Of a stretch of DNA of 64,000 bases, positions 36,935 to 48,545 are shown piece after piece. Source of the stretch: Thalia democratica (lineage: Eukaryota); NCBI GenBank assembly GCA_965202585.1, contig OZ241832.1:35898001-35962000 (forward strand). The letters run 5' to 3'. Below the pieces are notes generated by a model. That model saw nothing but the letters and a program-made list of their open reading frames with translations, was not told the DNA's origin and did not search any database. Numbering within the stretch: position 1 is the stretch's first letter; every line of letters begins with the position of its first letter. The position numbers were made by a program, and so were the translations under genes.

Positions 36935-39900
36935 TCACATAAGTTGTGCCATCACCTCGTTCAAGTTTATGCTGTCCAGAGCTTTTTGTATTATTGGCCT
37001 TACTGTTGGACAAATCTGTTTAAAATATTAGAGACATATAAAAAAGTATGATTGCAGAATACGAAACCAAAATAGCTACTTATTGTAAATAGGGCAAAAA
37101 TGTGAAGATAACTTTACATAGTTTAGTTGCGTGCTTTTAGTTACTAGACAAAAGCAAAACAGTGATGATTGTCTTTTAATGAAAAAAAAACAGAAGTAAA
37201 ATTTTATACTATAACTCTTTACTTAAGTTTTTGTAAACTGGCTTAAAATAGATAATCACATAATTAAGTTTGTGAAACAGTAAAAAACAGACATACAAAA
37301 AATACTTTCTTTTTTTATTAGAAGCTTGTGAAACTATCTTTTAAACCTTAACTTTGTAGATATCCACGAATTTTACGTTTCAATTTACTTAAAAGCAGTT
37401 TTAAAATGAATAAAAGACAGAAATAAAATTCCAAATACTAAACAAGACGTTTTAAATCTTAAAATCTTAAACAACTGCTGCATTAACTATCACGGCTGCA
37501 TTCAAACGAAAGAGCGAAAAACGTTTCGACAAATTTCTCAAATACGAACTGCTCCAACAAACCTTTTCGCTTGCCAACTTCTTAATCACTCCTTTAAAGC
37601 TCGCCTTGACATATTGCCCAATGACAGCGATGAGGTTGCCCCAGAAGTTTTTACCTTGTATTTCGTAGTTTATGTTGCCCACCCTGCTCACACATGCTCC
37701 TACTTCAGCCTTTGAAAAATTAAACAGTTTGTTTAACGTTTGTTAACGAACATGCTTTTTTTACGTTTGTAACGATTTCAGTTTCTAAGGTGCTTAAAAC
37801 GCTGTTTTTATAAGAAGTTTTGATGTCAAATTCTGTAAATTTAAACTTCATCATAATTATTTATTATGACAGTTGTATACATTTTCTAATTTAAATTTAC
37901 TGACAACAACTATTAAGATTGTCAATAAAACTATTAGCATTTATAATATTTATAAAACATTTTAGCATCAAGCTTAAGTAATGACTACACTTAATTGAGC
38001 TTTAATGATGTTTTTATTCGCTAGTCGCTGTAAGTATTAAATAATATTACTTTCAATAGATGTTTTTAGTAAAAATTTATTTTCTTTTTAACGTAGACCA
38101 AAGAACTCCTGAAAAAACAAAGCATTTTTAATTCCTTGTTATTTATATTTCAATTAAAAGTAAACAGCTTTTTACTTTTATTAGGCAGAGAATAGTTGTT
38201 TAAAATAAAGATTCATGAACTAAAAACATTATTTTGACTCTTGTTTAAGGGCTTATAATATTCTAAACAGTGTTAACTTAATTAAATTTTCACTTTTAAT
38301 ATGTCCTACGTTTTGGTTTATTGATTTTTTAGTCAATAAAAGAAGTTTTAAAATTGTTTTGTGTTGTTAAAAGTCATCAAATAAAAACTTTAGCGTCTGT
38401 TTAGAACTTATACTTGTGATTATAAATAAAGTCTAACCATGGGTTTTCTGTATGCTTCACGATTTATATTCATATTTAAAGTTGGTTTTAATTAATAGTA
38501 GTTAAGTATATGAAGCGAACGTACCAACAAAATTATTTTTTTAATCAATCTTATTAGTAAAACGATCTTAATGTATGATAACATTTGCTTGTTTTGAACT
38601 AAACAGCTAAATATTTTTATAATCGTTTTTTAAGCGAAAAAATTAGAAAAATGACTTAAGTAAGCGCTTCAAGGTACTATAACTATGAAAAAATTAGTAA
38701 ACTACCTGTATATGTTTTTGATTTTAGCTGTATATTGAACCTAAAAAAACTATAACTGCAAAATATGTTTATAGTTTTAAGAACTAACTTTGGCTTTATG
38801 ACAAAACTGTAATTAGAATTTATTTTATCAAACTTAAGTAACATATAAATATTTTTAAGTTTATTTAAACTTATATTTGCTATTTTATAAACTTTTTAAA
38901 ATAGTTTGTTTTACAACTTATTAGCTGAAATAACTTTTGTATTCATACCTAAACAAAAATGGCTTATAGATCCTTTTCTTTTGATATTAATTTGTAATTT
39001 ATACTGAAGTTTAACAAAACCATACAAAGTGACACGCTAAGATGTTCAACTCAAATTACCAATGTTTCTAGTAAATTTTAAGTAATTTTTGATCTATGAC
39101 AAATAAATAACTTTTAAACTGTTTATATTATAAGATAATGCGCTTCAAGAGTCTTACACTTTCTTTTAAAGCAGTTTTAGTTATTATGAAGTAACGATTT
39201 CTACGTACTTTTTAATATATTAAATAATGTAAGGTATCCTTCTTACGCTACGAAAAAACTAACCACTAGCTGGCCGTCTACTTCGTTGATTTTGATAGCT
39301 TGGGAAAATTCCAAATCAGAAAGGCTAGCTTTAACATGAACGCTTGCATCCACTGTTTTTGTAAAAAACCAAATCCTACGAAAAAAGTTAAAAAAATGTG
39401 ATTCTTATTTTTTTTTAATTTTTTAGTTTTGATTCCAAATTCAGTAATATATTTCAGGAAAGTTTAAAAATATACATTATCATTAGTAAAAAATTCTGCT
39501 AACTTTCAAATGGTAGATAGACAGTTTTACTAAATTAATTACAAGTAAGTTTGAAGCGTGCTAAGTTTAATTACAATTTAACAGAGTATTATTGTTTGAA
39601 AAGGTCAGCTTGTTCCATTTGGGTAACTTAACAACACGGTAGCAAGTTTGCTAATTTTGTTCTACTGAAGTTAATTTAAAAAAAAAATCAATAGTAGTAG
39701 ATAAATAATTAGATGAGTTTTACAAACTTACTTAATTTCTTTCACTGCCGTAACATCAGCTTCAATGCTCGCAGACAAGCCGTCGAGATCAACCCTGAAA
39801 ATATTGCCTCCGCTAGCAACCAGCTTCGCCGATCCGACATTGAAGCCCGTCACTTTGATGCTGAAAAGTTACGTCATAAAAGCTTTACTACCATCTTCAT

Positions 39901-40836
39901 TTAACCAAACAGTTTTAACTTCAAATAGGTTACAGTGATTTTAAAAAACTATAAGCTAGATTTTGTTCTAGTATTGGAGTCCATATGTTTTAGAATTCTT
40001 TTACAGAAATATTTTAAAAGTATAGGGCCTATTCTATGTTAAATGCCCAATGATTTATTATAATTAAAGGCCTCTCGATTTTAAAAGTATTCTAGATTAA
40101 AAGTTTAGGAAGGTTTAGTAATTACTAGTAATTTAAATTTAATATAACCTGAATAGAAGACTTAAAAATTGGTGTTGTTTGTGCAAAATCAGTAACAAGC
40201 TCTGAATTTTTGTCATAAAAGTAATACTTAAAATTACTTTCGTTTCTAAAACTACTAAAAACATAATGCAATTGTTTAGAAGTGAAACCTTCACCTCGGT
40301 CTTATTTGAGCTTTTGCTATCGAAAACTGTAACCAATAAGTTAACAGTGTAAATAAAGAAGTAAATAAACAAAATCAGTTTAACCTGAATAGAGGGTGAA
40401 AGAATAAGTTCACTTATATTCTTAAAAACCTTTAAAATAATACGTACATCTTCTAGCCTGTATTCCAGCATAAAAATAACAACCAAATATAATTTTTGTC
40501 CTCACTTTTTAATGTACACTTTTATGCCACTAAATTCTTCTGAGATATCATCGAGATTGATATTTTTTACCACTTGTTCCAACTCTTCAGCAGAATTGCT
40601 TCCCACTAAAAAACAAACAAGAACTTCCTTCAAACTGACATTAACTTTCTATCTAGTTTTAAGTTATATTATACATTGTACATTAGATATTCAAAACAAA
40701 AATTTATAGTTGAGGTACTTTTTTTATTGCACGTTTATAAGTTTACAATCAGCTTACAAAGTTCAAACGAGTTTTCCGTAGGCTGTGAGTTTGCGCATAT
40801 AAGGAAAAAAGTCAAAACAACAATTGACAGCTTCAT
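36935..40836 (-). CDS. Divergent secreted single-domain BPI/LBP-like protein B, 215 aa, slightly acidic
   Basis: Minus-strand exons 40836-40758, 40605-40506, 39860-39732, 39375-39264, 37709-37563, 37015-36935; GT-AG, phases 1,2,2,0,0; exons 3-5 are 129/112/147 nt, exactly as in A5. MKLSIVVLTFFLICANSQPTENSFELLGSNSAEELEQVVKNINLDDISEEFSGIKVYIKNIKVTGFNVGSAKLVASGGNIFRVDLDGLSASIEADVTAVKEIKIWFFTKTVDASVHVKASLSDLEFSQAIKINEVDGQLVAEVGACVSRVGNINYEIQGKNFWGNLIAVIGQYVKASFKGVIKKLASEKICPTVRPIIQKALDSINLNEVMAQLM. Confidence 0.85.
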
Positions 40837-41750
40837 TTTGATCTTATAAACTTTATACGATCAGTGCAAGTAAGATTGGTGATAATTTTGAGTTTCCACA
40901 CTATTTATACGTAATTTTTTCCATGTAGAAGCCTAGTTTGCTAAAGCCTTAGGGCGATTTGTACGGTAATCTCTTTGTGGCAAAGTGTATCGTAATGTTT
41001 TTGAGCTGCATTTTAAGCATCTATCAATCAAATCACTTGCGAATTTAAGCTGTTCATATTTAATGTTTGTTTTAAATCTACCAAAATAACAATTTTATTT
41101 TAAATTAAGTAAAAAAACCATACTTAGATAACTAGATATTACTGTGCTTTAAAACATAGTTTTTGAAAGCAGATTAGTACAAGCAGCTTTGTAAAAGTAG
41201 AAACATAAAAGAAAATTTTACTTGAACAAAATATCAATTTTAATTTTCTTAAACCTTTTTAAATAGACAAAAAAGTAAAATTTTTAATTGGGCTCCTTAA
41301 AAGTAAGAAAGACCTCAAAAAGTTTTTATTTCTTCTTATTCTTTAAGTTTGGTATATTTTCAAACCTTGAACAGTGCTTTTTTTAGAAAACCAATAAATA
41401 AAAACTCTTAATTCTTATGAAAGCCTAAGTTTTACTTGTTTTATTTATTTTACTACCAAATGTACGTAGGAAAAACTAAAAGTAAAATATAATAAAAGTT
41501 ATTTATTCTGATAACTGTATTTGTTTTCTATAAAAATGTGGATGATTATTATATTCTGCAGTCTTTTATTGATTTTAAAAATTCAAATGAAGTTATACAG
41601 TTATTTGAATTTACTAAAAATTATTGCTTAAATTACTGTAAAGTAAAAAGCTTGTTTAAGTAATAATAAAATTGCAAATTATTTTTTCTAGTCTTTCCCA
41701 CCGAAACCAGGTAACCAACAGAGTAGTTAATTTGCACTTTTATACATCAT

Positions 41751-41836
41751 TTATTGAACGACAAAAACACTCAAAAAGCTTGGTCCAAGGACCTGGTGCA
41801 CGAAAAAAACCTTTCGGTTATCGAGTCATGCACCAG
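41751..41836 (-). repeat. Dispersed hairpin repeat copy between the divergent genes B and A5
   Basis: Reverse complement reads tggtgcatga-ctcgat-aaccgaaaggtt-tttt-tcgtgcacca-ggtccttggacc. Confidence 0.75.
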
Positions 41837-42349
41837 AACAGTTTAACGTCATGTCCAGGACTACTTATTATTATGTGAATGAAGAAATTAAATAATTTTT
41901 CTACTAAAAAACACAAAAGAATGTTATAAAACTTTTATAAACTTATTCTTGGTAACTTTAACATTAATAAATTTGTCTAAAATAGACAAGGTTAAACTTT
42001 TCAATTTCAAAAAGTATTAAAACGAGGTATACAACATTTTGCACAGTACTTACTTTATTTAACTAACGTAAGATTATCTGCATTAAACTAATAACACAAC
42101 TCCACGGAGTTATGAAACTATAAGTACTACAAAGAGTAAAAGATAAAGAAAATGTAGATGTGTATTTTCTATGCTATCATAAGTAAATATAAAAAACAAT
42201 TAACTAATAACTATGACAATATATACAAGTTTAGTTTGCAGATTACTAATTTACATACTTTTAATATTAATACTACATTAATAGAAACAGTTTGATATAT
42301 TCTATTTGTACTTTTTAAGTAAAACATGTTAAAAGAATTTATGTAAGGA

Positions 42350-42681
42350 ATGTAGTTGCCGAAACTAAAATACCACATGTTTTACAAACACACAACATTA
42401 TTTTCTGAATAAGAATTAGTGACACGATTTTTATTAATATATGTTACTGAGGTTTTTAAATCGTCTTAAAGTGTGTAAATACTTAATCATGGTCTATTAT
42501 TTCATGCCCTTAAGTCTTTTGGAGCAAGTAAAGCTGTGTGGTTTTCAGTTTCGGCGACTACTTTCTTTGCATGAAACATGAATTTATACTTGTGTTTATT
42601 AAACATATTTTTTTAGTTAGATTTTAGTATAAAAGACAAACAGTTTATAAAACTTACACAAGTATTCCTACATCTAGAAGT
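42350..42681 (+). promoter_or_regulatory. A5 upstream region with paired inverted GAAACT(A/G)AAA motifs and candidate TATA box
   Basis: gaaactaaaa at 42361; ttttcagtttc (= GAAACTGAAAA on -) at 42542; TATAAAAG at 42628. Same motif pair upstream of A3 (31989, 32173) and A4 (34384, 34570). Confidence 0.45.
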
Positions 42682-45425
42682 ATGATAACTAAAGTATTTT
42701 TGCTTGTTTCTTTTTTAATTGGTCTTTCTTATGGACTTGAAGTGAAGGGAGATGAAGTTTACGTCGATTTTAGTAAATAAGTTTTTATTAAATAACTATA
42801 ATTTTGAGTTAAAGCAAAATTTATAACAATTATCAAGTTTAACTTGTTAAACTATTTTTGTAAAATTATAGCTTAGTATTTTAAGCTTTTGAAACTATAG
42901 AAATAATTTGTTTGTTAAAAGTAAAGTGTAATGTTTCCTTAAAATAAAATAAAATCTGACTTTAAAGATATTTGCACTGATGTTTATTTAAAATATTTTT
43001 GTAGAAGAACATCCAGAAACAGCAAACGAAATAATCAAAGAAGTAAAAGGTTTAAAAATCAGTAATACTTATGGGAAAGAAAAGGGAATAAGCTATTCAT
43101 TGACCAAGTAAATGAATTAGTTTGTATCTATAATAAGTATTTGCTAAAAAATCAATATTGAAGGTAAACAAATACAATAAAAATGGAAATGTATATAAAA
43201 ACTTATAGATAACTTATTTGTATTTCAAAGTATAAGGAATTAAACTCAAGAAAAACAAGCTCGAAAAAATTAAATTAAAAGTCGAGCTAATATATAATTT
43301 TTGAAACTTTTTTATTTTTACTAAGATCTGTGTCGTTTTTAATTATTATTATGATAAATTTTCAAAAAATTAATTTACTATGAGCTTAGCTTCTAAAAAC
43401 TTGTTTCACAAACTAACCTACTAAGAAACTGTTACTATTAAAATTTTCAAAAATTTGTAATTTTAGTTTGTGTATTGTACGAATTAAAAAGAGCTACTAT
43501 ATTTAAGTTTAGAAATGTTTTTTAAAAACTTTATTTTTACAGTGTGAAAGTGAATTCATTTAATGCAGACAAAATAAGAGTCAAACAGAATTCAGCAACT
43601 GATTATCTCGCTCAGTTACAAAACGGTGAGGTTCACCTTTCTGGAAGTGTTAGATTGTCAAAGAAAATTAAGTTTGTTTAATCAATCGGTACTAAAATAT
43701 ACTTTACTTTTGTTTAGGATAATATAATAATGTTAATTTAAGTATACTAATAAATGGTATCAACAATTTTTATACACTATAAAATACTAATCAGATTATA
43801 TAATAACGAGTTTAATCTTAAAGGTATTTCATTCATACCTGTTAATTTTTTGAATTTTTTTTCAGCTTTTAAGTATCTTTAACAACCTTTCCAAACTAAA
43901 GATTACTAAGTTTTTAAAACTGTTACTTATGCAGAACTTCTGTAAGTCATACTACTAACAACAACTTTTATCCAAATCGAAGTCAACTTTAGTAACTTGA
44001 ATATTGCATTGTTTAATAAAACAAACATGTTTTAATTAAAATAACAACCAAACTGTAAATAAAAGTTTGTAAATATAACTGCAAAACTTTTAAAACATAA
44101 AACATAAGCAAACTTTTATATAAATTTAAAATTTAAACGTCTTTTTTTACGTATGAGGTACAGTAATACTACAAATAATTATTTTAGTAAAATATTAAAG
44201 GTTTTTATTCTGGTCAAAAACTATATCGGCCTCAGCAACTGCTAATGTGTATCTCAAGCGAGTTTATGTGTCTCAAAATCTCAAACTTCAATTTCTCGGT
44301 GGTAAAATAAAGGTAGAGAAACAAATTTAGTTCTTTTTATTTTAAGATTATTGTTTAACCCTTGATTCTTTACTAAAATAAGATTTTGTACTTTACCAGA
44401 AACTTATTCGTGAAACAAAGGTTTAGATAATTTATAAAACATAAGTATAATATAATTGTGAAATTATAATTTAGGCGTATATATAGTTATAAATATATGA
44501 TATATCTATATAAAACTACATCAAAAAGCATGTTCTTAATTTTAAGTTTGATTTGTCGGTTTATACGATTTTTTTTTTATTAAAAAAAAAAATTAAATAG
44601 GAAACATTTAATCAATTCATTTGAAGTAAGATTGGTAAATAAAGAAAAAACTTCTCATTAGTCTAATTACTACAAATACTTAGATTTGAAGTTTTTCGTT
44701 TTGAGACTGTTAATGTTTTAACGATAAATAAAAATATTTTTCAAAAAGAAAGTTTAGCTAAAACTTTTACTAAAAAAATTTCAGACTCAACCGGGAACCT
44801 GTACAACTAGAATATATTACCATAAAGTAAATTTCAAAGCATCAGGATTTTTTTCTAAGATTATCGCTGCTATTGCCAACATTGCTTCAAAGTTGTTTAG
44901 TAAGAAAATACGGGATTTCATGCAAAGCAAAGTTAGTTTTTTAAGTTATCCCTTTGACAAGTATGTTTACAATTTTTGTCTTAAATAAGTTATTCAAAGT
45001 TTGTTTAAAAAAACCTTTCCATTTTAATCTGCTCTAGATAAAATCACAAACTTAACTTAGTAAAGTTATTGAAAAAGTTGAAGTAATTTCAATATTGATT
45101 ACAAAGTCTAATTTGACTACATACTTGACTAAGATTCTGTTTAGTTTATTTTCCAAGAGCTCTACTCTAGAACTAGTAAAATAAATCCTTAACTTTTCCT
45201 AAGTTAATTTTGCTTATATTTATTACAACATTCTATTACAACTAATGGTTTCAAAAACTTTTTTTAATTTACGATTAACTGAAAAACTAAGTTATTTCAC
45301 ATTTTTTCCTTATTAGAAACTCTTTTAATTTTTTATATCATTCACAGATGTGTTCTGCTATCGGAAAATCGTTAAGCAAGTTAGCAGTAGATATGGATAT
45401 ATTAAACGCGCTTGGTGGTATATGA
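42682..45425 (+). CDS. Secreted single-domain BPI/LBP-like protein A5, 219 aa, cationic, short-hairpin form
   Basis: Exons 42682-42772, 43005-43107, 43543-43671, 44201-44312, 44785-44931, 45348-45425; GT-AG (exon 4 acceptor AAG), open. Tip reads SGSVRLSKKIK|FLFWSKTISAS; exon 5 TQPGTCTTRIYYHKVNFKASGFFSKIIAAIANIASKLFSKKIRDFMQSK. Confidence 0.85.
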
Positions 45426-46638
45426 TTCCGCTGAAAACTATGTAGTTTTATAAAAGAAGAATGTTCTTTAGTTCATATTTTTTAGTAAGAGCAAAACTTT
45501 TGACAAAATTTACTTTTTCAAATTCTAAATATAAGTAGAGTAGACTTTTATATTAATAATTCTAACTGGTGTGTTTATTTTGATCAAACGAATAAAGTAG
45601 TCGTATTTAAAAAGTTTTGTGTTGTTTTATAATTTAAAACTAAAAAAGTACTTACAATACATTGTTCTCTCTTTTTAGAAATGAAAATAATTTTTACAAA
45701 ATAAGTACTTTGAGCATTTATGTTTGAGTTTATTTCAGTATTTGAATGATAAATGAGTAAAAACATGTTGAAGATGCTACAATAACAAACTATTATATGC
45801 TTTTGTGTTCATACAATAAAAACCACCTGTCATTACTTATTACTATTAAGTACCTTTGAAAATAATTTTCAAGATTGAATAAAACAAACTTGTTAAAACT
45901 TTTATTTGTAAGTCTGAGTAGGCTTTTTTAATACGAACTCGAGTATATTGACTTGTTATAATCTCCCATAATAAAATAGTAAAAACTGTTGCTTTCAGAT
46001 TATTATTTTTCTTAAACAAAAAGTTTCAATAAATTTATATTCATCCACCACACAATTATATTTATAAAGAAGCAAGACGTAAAAACATGTTTTAAATGAG
46101 CAATATATTATTGTCTTTCAAAAAATAAAATATTACTAATTTTATATATATATATATTATGTTTTATATATAATCAGAAGCTTGAGCAAAAGGATTAAAT
46201 ATTGTTTGTTTTTTATAGCAAATGAATTAAAAACTAAGTAGAATTACATAACTTAAAAAACAATACAAACTTAATTGAAATTGCTCACATCTTAAAACCG
46301 AACCAACGCCAAGTAGATAATATGAACTTATTAAAACAATTTAACAGTGACCATAAAGTAAATATACTCATAAACCATATGTTAGTAACCTTCTGATACA
46401 ACCTACTTATAATTTACATATTCGGTTTGGATTTAAGCAAAATACCCATCAGTTTAACCTTGAAAGTACCTTTTAAGATGCGTTTGGTTTTAAATTCCTT
46501 AGTTTACTATCCAAATAAGGATAATTAAACCTTGGTAATAAAAGTCTTTCTAGCAGAAATATTTACGTTTTGAAATTGTATTAGAATTTTATTATACCTT
46601 AGGTGAAAATATATCTAAGTGCTCTATGAATGACTATA

Positions 46639-46730
46639 TTGTTTATCAAACGATAAAAACAGCGCTCAAAAAGTTTGGTCTAAGGACCTGGTGTACAAAG
46701 GAACCTTTCGGTTATCGAGTCGTACACCAC
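46639..46730 (-). repeat. Dispersed hairpin repeat copy
   Basis: Reverse complement gtggtgtacgactcgataaccgaaaggttcctttgtacaccaggtccttagaccaaac...; visually the closest match to the copy at 8401. Confidence 0.8.
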
Positions 46731-47813
46731 ATGCTTATAAAAATTTGTACTAGCTATCAAATTAAATTTTTTGTCATTTAAGCATTTAAATCTTTAGTAA
46801 TAAAACAATCACTTAAACGAAATGAAAGAAAAATAATAAACGAAAATTAACTGAATTTTGTGTATAAAATGTGTTTAAAAACATGTTTAGTAATATAAGA
46901 ACTAAAAAATAGATATAACTTTAAATCAACTTATAAAAGGAGATAAACAATACTAATAGCAAACATTTGAATACTTGAATGATAGGTTACAACCTCTTAA
47001 AGAAAGTAAAAATTTAATACGCTAAAACGTCTTTACGCTAAATTTTATCAGTATTTTGTGATAAAAGTGTTGTTTTTTATCTTATTTAATATTTTAAACT
47101 GAACAGTGAAAATAATTTCATAATCGAACAGATAAATAAACTATTGCATATTTTTTAACAACTTTAAGAAAGTGAATAATATCATAACTGAACTTTTATA
47201 AATGAAATAAAAAAGACAAGTAATGTTAAATTTATGCTTCTAATAAGAAAACAAAAAAAAAAACAATAATAATATTAACAACAACAAATTTCCTTCTGCT
47301 TAAAATTTACTTTTTTATATTTTGAATACTTGTCTAAGTCTAAAATTGTAATATAACAAGGCTATTTTTTTTCTTATAGACTATACTTACTATATTTATT
47401 TTATTAGTTTTATTTTTCTGATAAAACACAACAAGCCGCATATTTGACTAAAAAATTTTAATCAAAATTTAAACATAATGAATTCTTTTTTAAGAATGTT
47501 TTTTCTTACGTGAAATATAAATTGTTTTTAACACTTTAAAATTCAAAGTTTCTATATATTCTGACCAAAAAAGATTACTATATGTATATTATTACATTTG
47601 AATATCTTATATACTGTTTACTTTTATATTTACAACTATTTTTCTATGTCAACAATGTTATTATATTTTTTTAAACGTTTTTAAATGGATAAGTATTAAT
47701 TTAGTTTTATTAATAACTAAAAAAACTTTGTTAAGTAAGAGCTAGAAATAAACTTTTTTGATTTCAAAGATAGTAAAAAGTTTTTTGAAGAACAACGAAA
47801 TAAAAAAATTAAA

Positions 47814-47885
47814 TGCTCAAGAAAACGTTTGGTCTAAGGATCTTGATTTCCGAAAAGATTTCTCGGTAATCAAGTCGTACACCAC
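47814..47885 (-). repeat. Dispersed hairpin repeat copy (diverged)
   Basis: Reverse complement gtggtgtacgacttgattaccgag...aagatccttagaccaaac. Confidence 0.65.
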
Positions 47886-48545
47886 GTTGGTATTTTCTTG
47901 TATACGTATTTTTTTATGTATAAATAAGTCATCTGCAAAGTCAAGCATTGTAAGTTACAATAGTTGTTGTGTATAGTTATAAACAATAACAGTCTCAAGA
48001 CTTTACCTTGTGGCGCACTTTCATCAATGTTTTTACAAGTTGAGTCATACATTTCAAAAATAAAAACTTATTTCTTTTGGTTAAGTATGATTCAAAACTT
48101 TTCCTTATTTTTTAAACTACTATTCCTCTATCCACTCAACCAAAAGCTTTAGTTATCTAATAGAATCGCAAATATCACTTTACCCTTGTCAGTCGACAGA
48201 GCATTTTAATTAAACTCAGACATTGAAAAAATGATAGAGAGATTTTTGTTAATCCGAATGTATAACTATTTAGAACATAGCACTTTAAAAATAACAATAA
48301 AGAAATAGATATTCAACTATGTTTTAAAGTACGCACTTTTATATAATTTTGTAAGTCTATTTTATAAACTTTGTATCTTATTCATTACATATATTTCCTC
48401 AAAGACCTTTGAACAACATATGTTTATGTTTCAATGATTTTTATAAACTTTTGGCCATCCAAGGTTTGATTTTTGCATATAAATAAATCAACGCTCATAA
48501 AATTAGCAGAAGACAAGGTGCGTAAAATCTTTTTATTTATCAAAA

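Noticed and set aside
11473-45425. Non-canonical introns, or Takeout/JHBP identity for the clustered genes
   Set aside because: All reconstructed introns are GT-AG. Cys positions, the tip motif and intron phases fit the BPI/LBP N-domain better than JHBP (not formally excluded without a profile search).
8401-46730. Outermost hairpin-repeat copies as TIRs of a giant ~38 kb composite transposon carrying the cluster
   Set aside because: They are inverted and bracket the cluster, but the flanks (aataaaac / atgcttat) show no TSD, and other copies lie inside and outside the interval.
8799-48152. Remaining 60-115 aa AT-rich ORFs in the track
   Set aside because: Low-complexity K/I/F/N-rich chance ORFs. 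Only 21014-21223 (A2 exon 5) and 37467-37691 (B exon 5) overlap real exons in frame.
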